A stretch of 64,000 nucleotides of DNA from Candidatus Bathyarchaeia archaeon. GTDB lineage: Archaea; Thermoproteota; Bathyarchaeia; 40CM-2-53-6. A program made the position numbers and the translations under genes. Positions 46,696-56,463 of this stretch are shown here, piece after piece. The stretch spans positions 288,001 through 352,000 of the forward strand of contig JBEKFP010000001.1 in the NCBI GenBank assembly GCA_050013255.1, written 5' to 3'. Position 1 is the first letter of the stretch. The number at the start of each line of letters is the position of its first letter. The notes below the pieces were generated by a model. It did not search any database. It was not told the origin of the DNA and saw nothing but the letters and a program-made list of their open reading frames with translations.

Positions 46696-47223
46696 CTAGT
46701 CTTGAAGTTTACCTGGTTCGAGGCGGCTGTCGTAATTGCTTAGGGAGGCAAGCTCGCTTAACGGTTTGCGGTTCTTCCGTTTTCCGGTGAGTTTCTTGGC
46801 TGGGTACCCAAACCCTACAACGACGCTAGGACTCAAGTCATTCGGAATCCCAAAGTCCTTCCGCAGGGTTTCGAGGTTCAACCCGGTGAACAGGCAGGAG
46901 CCAACGCCAGAATTCCACGCAGCGATTTGCATATCCTGAGCCGCCCTGCCCGCGTCGAGCATGTGGAACCCAAATTTCGGGTTCGTTAGGACGATAACCG
47001 CGAAGTTGGCTTGAGCAACCCAACCGCCCGTGGTGCTGTCTTCGGCCAGGCGTTTGAGATTATCACGCCCTTGAACTAGGATGAAGCGCCAGTGTTGATT
47101 GTTCATGCCGCTACCGGTGAGGCGGGCAGCTTCCAGCACCTTCAGCTTCACGTCGGCGGGAACGTTTCTAGGTTCGAATTCACGCACTTCCAGTTTGGTT
47201 GCAACGCATTCATACGCATCCAT
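46696..47223 (-). CDS. Nitroreductase family protein
   Basis: VREF, AARLTGSGMNNQHWRFI, GVGSC and GFGYP motifs. Confidence 0.9.
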   Translation of the reverse strand: MDAYECVATKLEVREFEPRNVPADVKLKVLEAARLTGSGMNNQHWRFILVQGRDNLKRLAEDSTTGGWVAQANFAVIVLTNPKFGFHMLDAGRAAQDMQIAAWNSGVGSCLFTGLNLETLRKDFGIPNDLSPSVVVGFGYPAKKLTGKRKNRKPLSELASLSNYDSRLEPGKLQD

Positions 47224-47275
47224 CTAACTCATCTCTCCCCTATTGGGACAAATCGAGAGATAAACATAGAATGCG

Positions 47276-48562
47276 TTAGCCAGGTTGAAGGGCATTCAAG
47301 CCTGCAAAGTGTGCCTTGCTGCCAAGCTCTCTCTCGATGCTAAGGAGCCTGTTGTATTTGTTAACTCGTTCACCTCGGCAAGGGGCCCCCGTCTTGATTT
47401 GCCCCGAGTTCAAGGCCACGGCGAGGTCTGAGATTGTTGTATCCCACGTTTCCCCTGACCTGTGGCTTACGACAACCCTGTAATGATTAGCAAACGCCAG
47501 CTTCGCGGCATCCAAGGCCTCGGTCAACGTGCCAATCTGGTTGACCTTCAACAAGAGCGCATTCGCGGCACCCTCATCGATCCCATTTTGAAATCGCGAA
47601 ACGTTAGTGACGAAGATGTCGTCGCCCACAATCTGAACCCGACTGCCCACCTTCCGAGTGAACTGCGCCGTATGGTCGAAATCCTCCTGCTCGAAGGGGT
47701 CTTCGATGTAGCGGATTGGGAAACGATCTATCAACTGTTCATAGAAATCTCCCAGTTGTTCCGGGGACAACTCCTTTCCATCGATCTGGTATGTTCCGTT
47801 CCGGTAGAATTCCGAGGAGGCAGCGTCAAACCCTAAGAAAACATCCTTTCCAGCGGCGTAGCCGGCTTCGGAGATGGCTTGCGATAGGATCTCTAGCGCC
47901 TCGAGGGTTCTGTTCAGTGGCGGCGCGAATCCGCCTTCATCGCCAACGTTGATTGCTAGTTTTCCATATTTGGATTCGATGACGTGTTTGAGTTTGTGGT
48001 AGATTTCTGTGCCAAAGCGTAGGGCTTCTGTGAAGCTCTTAGCCCCCGCGGGTAGGACCATGAATTCTTGGACTTTCAGTTCCGTCCCAGCATGCTTGCC
48101 ACCATTGATTACATTCATGGCCGGTACGGGTAGGGTTCTACCGTTTCCATCACTGAGATAGCCGTAGAGTGGTTTTCCCTCAAGCCGAGAGGCAAGCTTC
48201 GCCACAGCCAACGAGACGGCTAAGATGGCATTCGCGCCTAGCCGAGACTTGTTCGGAGTTCCGTCTAGGTCAATCATTACATGGTCAATGTTGAATTGTT
48301 GCCGTGGGTCGAGGCCTTTGAGCTTCGGGGCAATCACTTCCTCAATGTTCCTTACCGCTTTGAGCACGCCCAATCCTGAGTAACGCTTCTGATCCCCGTC
48401 CCGGAGCTCCAGGGCCTCGTGCGTTCCCGTCGAAGCGCCCGATGGCACTGCAGCCCTCTCGCAAATGTCATCAGAATAGGCGGCTGCTTCAACGGTTGGG
48501 TTTCCCCTTGAGTCTAGGATTTCCCGGCCGCTCACTTTCGTTATTTTGAACTGGCTGGGCAA
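47276..48562 (-). CDS. eno: Enolase
   Basis: ILDSRGNPTVE, PSGASTG, VGDEGGFAP, LLKVNQIG and SHRSGET motifs. Confidence 0.97.
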   Translation of the reverse strand: MPSQFKITKVSGREILDSRGNPTVEAAAYSDDICERAAVPSGASTGTHEALELRDGDQKRYSGLGVLKAVRNIEEVIAPKLKGLDPRQQFNIDHVMIDLDGTPNKSRLGANAILAVSLAVAKLASRLEGKPLYGYLSDGNGRTLPVPAMNVINGGKHAGTELKVQEFMVLPAGAKSFTEALRFGTEIYHKLKHVIESKYGKLAINVGDEGGFAPPLNRTLEALEILSQAISEAGYAAGKDVFLGFDAASSEFYRNGTYQIDGKELSPEQLGDFYEQLIDRFPIRYIEDPFEQEDFDHTAQFTRKVGSRVQIVGDDIFVTNVSRFQNGIDEGAANALLLKVNQIGTLTEALDAAKLAFANHYRVVVSHRSGETWDTTISDLAVALNSGQIKTGAPCRGERVNKYNRLLSIERELGSKAHFAGLNALQPG

Positions 48563-48674
48563 TTGCGAACATCAAGGCATGGAAAAACGTGCGTGACATA
48601 ACAATCTTTGCGAAGCAATAATACGCACAGAAGCAATACCCATGAGTGATTGTGAAGAGGTGTACCCGTAGGAC

Positions 48675-50600
48675 TTGCGCCCGATAATTTGCTTGTTTTT
48701 GTTTGTACTCTTGCTCTTGGTGTCCGTTCCATTATCAGCTGCCCGGACAAACCCGTCGGCTTCGACGACAGACAACCTGAACGGCGTAGTTATTTTGGCG
48801 TCGAATAATGGTTGGGCTGTTGGGAACGCGGGGACAACTGAACACTTCGATGGCTCGTCTTGGACTCTGGTTGCTTCAGGTACTGGCTTAGACCTTCTCG
48901 GAGTCTCATTTGGGCCCCCGTGGGCTCCCAACTCGGATTCAGGTTTCGCTGTAGGTGGAGACGGCGTGACGGCTGTCGCCCTTTACAGGAGTCCAGTCTC
49001 ATGGCAATTAGCAATGGCTGGGCTCTCGGGGCCGGACGCGCGGAAACTTGGGGCGGTCTTCTCGACCAGTTCGACTGACGCGTGGACCGTTGATTCTCTC
49101 TCAGGTGCCTTCTGGCATTGGTCTGGGACGGTGGGGTTGGGGGGTGGATGGAACGAAGTCTCCTCAGCGTCGTCCGGCCTCAATTCCATCTATATGGTCA
49201 GCGCATCAGAAGGCTGGGCGGTAGGCGTTGGCGGAATCATATACCACTATTCAGGTGGGGGATGGATGTCATCCTCCACTGTTGGAACAACGCTGAACTC
49301 CGTTTTCATGGTTAACCAAAACGAAGGATGGGCCGTTGGCAATAGCGGCACAATTGTCCACTACTCGTCGGGAACATGGTCAGGCCCCTTCTCACCCTCG
49401 CCCACGAACCAGAACCTCAAAGCAGTTTTCATGGTGAGTCAAACCGAAGGCTGGGCAGTGGGTGCTTCCGGAACCGTATTGCATTACTTGAACGGGGCTT
49501 GGTTGCTGGCCTCGAACCAGTTTGGGACAAGCCAAAATTTGAATGCAATCTCCTTCTTCGCGGGAAATGGTTGGGCAGTAGGTGACTTTGGAACAATCGT
49601 GCCTTTGAGCGCTCAAGGGCTTCCCCAAGGCATTCCTGGGTCGACTTTTCAGTCCGTCTACCTTTCGAACGGTGGCGACGGGTGGATAGTCGGGTGCTCC
49701 ACTGCAGGTTGCGGATTTAGTGCCGGCGACCTCACGCTGCTCCATTGGAACGGCAACTCATACACTCGAGGCAGTGCGTCCGCGACCCCGACGGACCTTT
49801 ACTCAGTCTCCATGGTGAGCCCCTCCGAGGGGTGGGCTGTTGGCGGCTCGGGCAGCAGCCCCGAGATACTACATTACAATGGCGGAACATGGATGCAAAC
49901 CCCCGCGCCGCCCGTTAACGGGATCCTACGCTCAGTGTTCATGGTTGACGGGAGTAACGGTTGGGCGGTTGGAGATAACGGCGCAATCCTCCGGTATTCA
50001 GGTTCATGGGGATCAGTCTCCGCTCCCACAACGAACACGTTGCGGAGTATCTTCATGGTTAGCGCTGGTGATGGGTGGGCTGTGGGTGACGGAGGGACGA
50101 TAATTCGATCCCAGAACGGCCAATGGGTCCTTTACGCCAGCCCAACAAGCGCGTCTTTGAATTCGGTCTTTTTCCTGGACTCTAGCCACGGATGGGCGGT
50201 GGGATCCGGGGGCACGATCCTCTACTACAATGGTGTAGTGTGGAGCCCCGTTGCCGCGGGAGTTTCAGCAAAGCTGAACTCCGTAGCACAGGTGAACCCG
50301 CAGGAAGCTTGGGCCGTGGGAGATTCTGCGACAATCCTGCATTGGAATGGAATAAGCTGGTACCAAGTTTCGCCTTCCCCTCCAATCTCCGGCAACCCCA
50401 ACTTGAATTCCATCTTCATCTCGTCGAATGGTTTCGGCCTAATCGTGGGCGCACCCCAAGCCCCAGGCAGCCAAGGAACCATCCTGCGGCTTTCAGCACT
50501 GAGCCCAGTGCCGGAACTACTTAACCCACAACTCATACTTGCAGCAATAATCGGAATGGCGCTGCTCATAAGCCCAATCAGGCGCCGAAGACCCAAATGA
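48675..50600 (+). CDS. Secreted WAVG-repeat beta-propeller (YCF48-like) with a PEF-CTERM-like sorting tail
   Basis: More than 10 repeats of L.SVFMV...GWAVG..G.I.HY.G..W; C-terminal VPEL, TM and RRRRPK. Confidence 0.82.
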   Translation: MRPIICLFLFVLLLLVSVPLSAARTNPSASTTDNLNGVVILASNNGWAVGNAGTTEHFDGSSWTLVASGTGLDLLGVSFGPPWAPNSDSGFAVGGDGVTAVALYRSPVSWQLAMAGLSGPDARKLGAVFSTSSTDAWTVDSLSGAFWHWSGTVGLGGGWNEVSSASSGLNSIYMVSASEGWAVGVGGIIYHYSGGGWMSSSTVGTTLNSVFMVNQNEGWAVGNSGTIVHYSSGTWSGPFSPSPTNQNLKAVFMVSQTEGWAVGASGTVLHYLNGAWLLASNQFGTSQNLNAISFFAGNGWAVGDFGTIVPLSAQGLPQGIPGSTFQSVYLSNGGDGWIVGCSTAGCGFSAGDLTLLHWNGNSYTRGSASATPTDLYSVSMVSPSEGWAVGGSGSSPEILHYNGGTWMQTPAPPVNGILRSVFMVDGSNGWAVGDNGAILRYSGSWGSVSAPTTNTLRSIFMVSAGDGWAVGDGGTIIRSQNGQWVLYASPTSASLNSVFFLDSSHGWAVGSGGTILYYNGVVWSPVAAGVSAKLNSVAQVNPQEAWAVGDSATILHWNGISWYQVSPSPPISGNPNLNSIFISSNGFGLIVGAPQAPGSQGTILRLSALSPVPELLNPQLILAAIIGMALLISPIRRRRPK

Positions 50601-50680
50601 CACTAACTACGCCCCCGATAATTCACACACAATTTTCTCTTAAGGAAACGTCCCAGTTGGGATGGGTCAGGGATTAATCG

Positions 50681-51424
50681 ATGAGACGTTGGATACGAAA
50701 ATTACTGATTTCAGCCCTGCTCGTATTCCCAGTCATCTTCATCGCACTGACTTACCTCGAAGATCTTACCGAGACCGGTTCGGAAGGTCCAGTCGGGGGA
50801 ATCATCTCTTCGATGTTGAACCTTCCACAACTTGTGATTAACCTAGCTACGGCGGGGGGCTACGCGGGCATCTTCTCCCTCATGTTGCTGGAAGCCGCCG
50901 CTTTCCCGGTCCCCAGCGAAATAATTCTCCCACTAGCTGGGTACCTGGTTTCGCGAGGAACATTGCAGTTCTGGCTGGTTGTTGCGTACAGCACAGCCGC
51001 TGCAATCATAGGCTCATTCATCGACTACTTCCTAGGCTGGAAACTTGGCAGCCCGTTTCTAAGCGGACATGCAAGGTTACCCTACATCGATGCAAGGCAC
51101 CTGCAGAGAACCCGCGTTTGGTTCGAGAGGTACGGACCTATAGCGGTTGTATTATTGCGGTTGGTCCCCGCGGCGCGAGTCTTGATTTCGTTTCCAGCAG
51201 GCGCATACAGAATGAGTAAGTGGAAGTTCGCACTCTACACTACCGCGGGCTGCCTGCCTTGGAACATAACGCTCGTCTACTTGGGATGGTGGCTTGGGTC
51301 CTCGTGGGAAGAGGTCGTGGCAGCCTTCAGATACATCAATCTCGTCGTTTACGTTCTCCTAATTCTTCTCGCGATTTGGGTTGGCTGGAGGCTGACGGCG
51401 AAGAGCACGAAGCCCTACCGCTGA
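50681..51424 (+). CDS. DedA family membrane protein
   Basis: PVPSEIILPLAG, WFERYG, RLVPAAR..ISFPAG motifs. Confidence 0.92.
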   Translation: MRRWIRKLLISALLVFPVIFIALTYLEDLTETGSEGPVGGIISSMLNLPQLVINLATAGGYAGIFSLMLLEAAAFPVPSEIILPLAGYLVSRGTLQFWLVVAYSTAAAIIGSFIDYFLGWKLGSPFLSGHARLPYIDARHLQRTRVWFERYGPIAVVLLRLVPAARVLISFPAGAYRMSKWKFALYTTAGCLPWNITLVYLGWWLGSSWEEVVAAFRYINLVVYVLLILLAIWVGWRLTAKSTKPYR

Positions 51425-51432
51425 TTCATGCA

Positions 51433-51807
51433 TTAGTTTTCTTTTAAGGCTCTGTGAAGCTGATCCACCCGACGCTTCGTCACCCAGTCCTTGTGATGCC
51501 GGAAGCCGCCCCCGAAAGTTTTCGGGATATGCAACAATTCGTGGATCAAGGTTTTCTCTTTTTCTTCGTAGGGTAATGAGTCGTATTGCTCAGACAAGAC
51601 TTCAACTGCATAGTAAGCTGGTTCGCTCAAGGCTTGTTGCCAAATGCGTGGCAACGAGTGGACGCGAGCTATGACATGGCCTGCCTTTGACCCGTAGCTT
51701 CGGTAGCAGTAAACCCGGTTCTTCGGAATATGCGCGAAACCTAGCTTGTCTATGATGCCCCCTAGCATCTCGGAGACGTCGGATGCACGTTCGTAACGAA
51801 ATTGCAT
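51433..51807 (-). CDS. Putative metallopeptidase (HExxH)
   Basis: TLIHELLHIP..FGGG motif. Confidence 0.8.
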   Translation of the reverse strand: MQFRYERASDVSEMLGGIIDKLGFAHIPKNRVYCYRSYGSKAGHVIARVHSLPRIWQQALSEPAYYAVEVLSEQYDSLPYEEKEKTLIHELLHIPKTFGGGFRHHKDWVTKRRVDQLHRALKEN

Positions 51808-51877
51808 GGGCACTCGAGGGGTGCACGTATCTAAAATGTGATTGGCCAAGTTCTTTGAAATGATAGCCGAGTAGCGT

Positions 51878-52402
51878 TTAGGTTTTTGACTTAATCAGCG
51901 CGAGAGCCGTTTCCACCGCTTTCTGCGGAGTATTCTCTCCGAGTATCCGTTCGACCTTGCGATCATCGATGTAAGTGTCCACTAGCCGGTCAGCCATTCC
52001 CCCAGTACCTTTCAAGGCGATGATCGGTATCCCCTTCTGGTAGGCCGCTGCCACTTCGATCATAGTTCCCGCCCCACCGCCAACGATTATGATTGCATCC
52101 GCAGAGTAAGAGGTCACGAAATCCCTGGCGAAACCTATCCCAGTCGCAATTACGGCGTCGCAGAATTCGTTCGCCGCCCCTTTATCATCTTGAGGTACAA
52201 TGCCAATCACGAAGCCCCCACCGTCCTTAGCGCCGTGGCTAGCTGCCTCCATCACCCCGCCCAGCCCGCCGCTGATTAGAAGCGCGCCGCGCCTTGCAAC
52301 CTCCAACCCCACTTGGTAGGCCGCTTGGTATGCTGTCTCAGTGCAATGCTCTTTTGCGAATCCGATGACAAGGATTTGTACACGTCTGGGCATCCGGACC
52401 AC
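51878..52402 (-). CDS. LOG family protein (TIGR00725-like)
   Basis: GGLGGVMEAA, TGIGFAR and GGGAGT motifs. Confidence 0.88.
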   Translation of the reverse strand: MVRMPRRVQILVIGFAKEHCTETAYQAAYQVGLEVARRGALLISGGLGGVMEAASHGAKDGGGFVIGIVPQDDKGAANEFCDAVIATGIGFARDFVTSYSADAIIIVGGGAGTMIEVAAAYQKGIPIIALKGTGGMADRLVDTYIDDRKVERILGENTPQKAVETALALIKSKT

Positions 52403-52418
52403 TTGGCGAGTTCTGGAG

Positions 52419-53009
52419 CTACGGTATTGGCTCCGCTTCGATCCTTCTCCGTATCTCCGCCACTAATGTTTTCACTGATGCAAGTTGGATTTGGTCGAGT
52501 TTCGAGAGGATGTCTTCTACGATTAGCGCCTTTCGCACATGTACGTTTCCCAGCAAATACTCTTCGTAGGCCCAGAGAAGTGCCTCAATTTTGTCGGCGG
52601 CTTTCACAATGTTTACCTCAGTTAGGGAAGTTTCTCGACTCGCCCTGCGCAAACGAACGTACTCGTGGGCAAGGCTCGGCGGCAGGCTTCCCATCAAGTT
52701 CTCGAACCATTCAAGGGCACGGTTATCCAATTTCTCCGCGAAAGGCGCATCCTGGTGCTTGAAGGGGTGGTGAATGTCGCCGGTTCGGGCCTCCTCGGCA
52801 TCGTGCAAGAGCGCCATTCTAAGCAACCGCTCCACGTCAACTTTAGTGCCCTTCTCCTTTTCGAGGTCTGCTAGAACCATAGCGTACAAGGCCGTGAAGT
52901 AGGAATGTTGCGCCACATCTTCGCGGAAATGGCACTTGTAAACGCTGAACCTTCCCACCGTCATTAGCGACCTGATGGCTAGTAGGAAATCGAGGACTTC
53001 CGGTTTCAA
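52419..53009 (-). CDS. HD-domain hydrolase (YfbR/5'-deoxynucleotidase-like)
   Basis: EDVAQHS, ALLHDAEEARTGDI and VKAADKIE motifs. Confidence 0.88.
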   Translation of the reverse strand: MKPEVLDFLLAIRSLMTVGRFSVYKCHFREDVAQHSYFTALYAMVLADLEKEKGTKVDVERLLRMALLHDAEEARTGDIHHPFKHQDAPFAEKLDNRALEWFENLMGSLPPSLAHEYVRLRRASRETSLTEVNIVKAADKIEALLWAYEEYLLGNVHVRKALIVEDILSKLDQIQLASVKTLVAEIRRRIEAEPIP

Positions 53010-53048
53010 CAGTGTCCCTCAAGTCTAGGAAGAATCGTCTGGCGTATT

Positions 53049-53588
53049 CTATCTTTCTACGTGCCTCAAGCTTTTCTCCAGCGTAAGCGAGTTCAGCCGC
53101 TGGACTTCAGGAATGGCATAGTACTTGGTCAGAATTTCCTGCGGGTTACTCGATTCTCTGTACCCCTGCTTCTTGTAGAAGGAAATTGCCCAAGACGCCT
53201 TGGTGTAAGTCCCGATTATGATTCTAGTGGCCCTGTTCGAATTCGCTATGGTGTCTTCAATGCGAGTTTGCAAGAGGGTGCCGATGCCTCTCCCCTGCGA
53301 TTCAGGACGGGTGTAAGCATGCCTGATGAGCGCTACGTCTTCAACGAATTCGTACCCCATTACCCCGAGAACGCGGCCTTTTTCCTCGTATGCAAGGAAG
53401 GAGACGCTCTCTATTTCCCGTTGCAACTCATCCAGTGTCATCTGCGGGTCATGGTAAACGTGAGGCGGCAAGACAGGTTCGTACGCCTTCGCCGCCTCAT
53501 TGATGATTCTGTAGATTACCTCAAGGTCACGGGGGGAACATTCTCTTATGGTTCCACGAAGAGAGGACAACTCAATCAGGGGCTTCAA
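53049..53588 (-). CDS. GNAT acetyltransferase
   Basis: IRHAYTRPESQGRGIG and AISFYKKQGY motifs. Confidence 0.88.
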   Translation of the reverse strand: MKPLIELSSLRGTIRECSPRDLEVIYRIINEAAKAYEPVLPPHVYHDPQMTLDELQREIESVSFLAYEEKGRVLGVMGYEFVEDVALIRHAYTRPESQGRGIGTLLQTRIEDTIANSNRATRIIIGTYTKASWAISFYKKQGYRESSNPQEILTKYYAIPEVQRLNSLTLEKSLRHVER

Positions 53589-53936
53589 TTAGCTAGGAGT
53601 GTCTGAGACTGAAACGCCTCATTTTGGCGTCCCTCAACTATAAGCCGTTCAGTCTCAAAATAGGACCTCGAGTAGGGCTAAACCCCCCTTACCCGTCTTA
53701 TTAGGCCCAGGGCTTTCCCCCCGTATTCGTGCGAATTTAAGGGGAAATACGCTTCTGTAGCCGCCTAATAGACGCTCGAACATGTGAAATTCACCGCCTC
53801 AACTCATTCGGGGTACGCACGTGGTAGTGTCCAATTGAAAAATTGAGTCTCGTTCTTGAGAGAGAAACGAAGCCAGAACGCGATTCGCACGTCTTGGCTC
53901 AGGATAAGGGTCGCCTAACTATCTGGAGGTGATTGT

Positions 53937-54179
53937 ATGGCTAGAACGAGTATGCTCACACAAAAGTCGGTCGTTGCTGACGATACTCTCTCGATGCTTA
54001 CCGGCCAACCAAGGGGTGCTCTTTTGAGTTACACCGAACTTACCAAGATGATGCACCAGTACATCAGAACGAAACAACTAAGGCTCAAAGCTTGCCCGAG
54101 TTGCAACGCTCCAATCCCAGGCTACGCGACCTTCTGTGACAAGTGCGGTAAGGACGTAACACCAGCACCGATCCAGTAA
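53937..54179 (+). CDS. Small SWIB/MDM2-like plus zinc-ribbon protein
   Basis: GGAGGTGA SD; DDTLSMLTG...SYTELTKMMHQYIRTKQL resembles SWIB helices; CPSC..FCDKCG. Confidence 0.7.
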   Translation: MARTSMLTQKSVVADDTLSMLTGQPRGALLSYTELTKMMHQYIRTKQLRLKACPSCNAPIPGYATFCDKCGKDVTPAPIQ

Positions 54180-54204
54180 ACTCTGAAAAGTAGCGCAAGT
54201 ATAC

Positions 54205-54232
54205 CTTTTTTTCCTTTTTTTGTTTCTTTTTT
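54205..54232 (+). terminator. Oligo-T archaeal terminator
   Basis: Three long T runs about 25 nt after the 53937-54179 stop. Confidence 0.7.
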
Positions 54233-54243
54233 TGGCCTCTGAT

Positions 54244-55950
54244 TTAGAGGAGCTGCTGTCTGTCCAACATGAGTTCGCTCTCTGAGTAGTCGCGGCCGTA
54301 CATTTTCTTGACAATTAAGAACCTTCTTGATCGCTCTTGGAGCGCCCGTTCGTAGATTTCAATAACCCCATCAAAGACGCCTATGATTGTCTGAACGTCT
54401 TCCTTTGGAGCAATCGACGGATCGAGCGTGGCCAAGACTGTGAAACCGTTTGCCTTGCGTTTGGATACGAAATCGGACAGCCACTTTCGAGTTGTTAGCG
54501 CTTTGTTACGCAGAAGGAGGTCTGAGAGTAAATCGATGACGATGAGCTTGCCTGGCTCGTTCTTGATTTTAGATTCGATAATTTCATTTGAGGTTATGCT
54601 GAGGCCACTTAGGTCACCGACATCAGGTATCTTGAAGAGGTTCCCATGGCCGGACGCTATTCTGTCTGCTAATGGGTTCATGGCATAGAAGTTCTGTCCG
54701 AATCTTGTGGTAAAGTCCCGCGTTCTAGCCGTGTCATTTGACAAGTAGAAAGTCGACCTCCCAGCAGTAAGGCTTGCCTCAATCATCTTCCGAATGAGCA
54801 AGTCTCTCTCATCATACGATTGGGAGACGATCAACACAGCGTGACCTTCCGGGAGACCACCCGCCAACATGCCGTCAAGAGCCTTGTGTCCGGTCGAGAT
54901 GCTCGGCTCGGAAGAAGGCTTTGGACGCACAATATCCTTGGTCATCCCAGATTTAACTTGAGGTTCCATTATCGCCGTCGCCGAAGTTGTTTTTCTCTTT
55001 CTCGCGACAACAGCAATCGACGCGACCATGACAATGGCGACCAGCCCCCCGATTAATCCATACATACCAAATGGGACTTGGGCCAAGAGCGCAGGCTGGC
55101 CCACGACGGTCGTGCTCCGGCTTGCATTAGACGAACTACTTGATGCACTGCTAGTGCTGGTTGTGGAAGGTATTGCCATCGGAAATGTCAACAGGGTAAG
55201 GGTGACGGAACGGTAGTAATCCCAAGGGCAACCAGAACTGAAGCTCCCTGGTCCCGCGCAGAACTCCATAAACATCAAACCATCAACCCCAGAGACGCCG
55301 TATGTTCCTCCGACTGTTAGACTCCAATGGTCTGGATAGCCGGATTTCAAGAGAGCCCTAAATTCATAGGTCAGTGAATCGCCAACGGCCGCTCCGGCAG
55401 CCTCGACGACATGATATTGGGTCGCTCCATGGTCACGGACCAACTTTTGTGTGGTGGGGTCGCGGTAGGCTTCACTAGCTCCGGAACCTATGCCCCATGG
55501 CCAGAGGTAATTTGCGTAGAAGTACGGACTATAGCCGTTGGCACTCCAATAATATTCGAAATCAGGACTGACATCATTCAGGTTCGACAAGGCCGAAGAC
55601 CAATGTGTCTGAACCAGAAAATAGAGCCATGTATCGTCGTGTTTGAGTCGGACGGCTAAGTTCAGCGTGCTCACCGGTGCTTGGCCACAGCCTGAAGTAC
55701 ACTGGAGGGTGAGAGTAGTTTCCGGAGCATCTGACCATTCATCGCCGTAAACAGCCCCGTTCAATGTAACACTCTTGGTTAGTACTGGAACTTGGATCGG
55801 TACGACCGTCCCAACAATAGTTTGAGCTGGCGCACTGGCATTTGCAAAGGGGATGACGGAGCCAAGCAAGATTACTATGAACAGGGCGGCTCCGATACAT
55901 ATTCTCAAACTATTTTCCGACACGAATCTAACCGGTCGACGTTGAATCAT
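54244..55950 (-). CDS. Single-pass membrane protein: DOMON/CBM9-like ectodomain, S/T linker, TM, inactive KaiC/RAD55-like domain
   Basis: LNG..GDEWSDA and HDDTWLYF motifs; ISTGHKALDGMLAGGLP; Walker A replaced by SQSYDERD; VKKM. Confidence 0.82.
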   Translation of the reverse strand: MIQRRPVRFVSENSLRICIGAALFIVILLGSVIPFANASAPAQTIVGTVVPIQVPVLTKSVTLNGAVYGDEWSDAPETTLTLQCTSGCGQAPVSTLNLAVRLKHDDTWLYFLVQTHWSSALSNLNDVSPDFEYYWSANGYSPYFYANYLWPWGIGSGASEAYRDPTTQKLVRDHGATQYHVVEAAGAAVGDSLTYEFRALLKSGYPDHWSLTVGGTYGVSGVDGLMFMEFCAGPGSFSSGCPWDYYRSVTLTLLTFPMAIPSTTSTSSASSSSSNASRSTTVVGQPALLAQVPFGMYGLIGGLVAIVMVASIAVVARKRKTTSATAIMEPQVKSGMTKDIVRPKPSSEPSISTGHKALDGMLAGGLPEGHAVLIVSQSYDERDLLIRKMIEASLTAGRSTFYLSNDTARTRDFTTRFGQNFYAMNPLADRIASGHGNLFKIPDVGDLSGLSITSNEIIESKIKNEPGKLIVIDLLSDLLLRNKALTTRKWLSDFVSKRKANGFTVLATLDPSIAPKEDVQTIIGVFDGVIEIYERALQERSRRFLIVKKMYGRDYSESELMLDRQQLL

Positions 55951-56123
55951 TACGATAAGCCTTTTCCCAGAGGAAACTGCTTGAGCATGGCAATTTAACG
56001 GTTTTGAGTGTTCGCAACGAACAGGGTGGCCTAGAACGCATCCTTCTTGTGTGGGTCTAATTGTGCGTACTCATGCTGAGGTGCGGCGAGTTCTGCTAGG
56101 GAACCTCCACTGAGACCCGTAAG

Positions 56124-56291
56124 TCAAGAATCTGAAGGCATTCTAGGGCGCTTGCCTGCCCCGTTGCAGGTCGGGCATTTCTGAAAGCGCCCAATGTCGT
56201 CCTTGCCGATTATCCAGGTTCCGCAACTACCCAAACATTTTAGGCATATGTCAGCGTCCGGTTTCTTGACTGAGAGTTCAGCAGATGGCAT
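56124..56291 (-). CDS. Small DnaJ-type zinc-finger protein
   Basis: GGTGA SD before ATG 56291; CLKCLG...CPTCNGAG. Confidence 0.65.
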   Translation of the reverse strand: MPSAELSVKKPDADICLKCLGSCGTWIIGKDDIGRFQKCPTCNGAGKRPRMPSDS

Positions 56292-56463
56292 ACTATCACC
56301 TTGGTCAATCGACGGGATTAAGCTGTGAGGCGTGGGAATTGTCGGCTGAGTTCTACGAAAGTAAGTCATGCTTCAAATTCTAATGCCCGCCCCATTGGAC
56401 CCACACACACGAAATTGACCGACGACCGAAATCCACAACTGGAAGTTCACTATAGACAATTCT

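Noticed and set aside
46696-46698. Genome-wide TAG recoding (pyrrolysine)
   Set aside because: Many conserved genes here (hisS, thioesterase, dcd, mtnA) end properly at TAG, and no pyl genes are in the window.
53061-53606. Long antisense ORFs (53061-53606, 45234-45812, 2046-2597, 57412-57915)
   Set aside because: They are shadows of well-supported opposite-strand genes and have no motifs.
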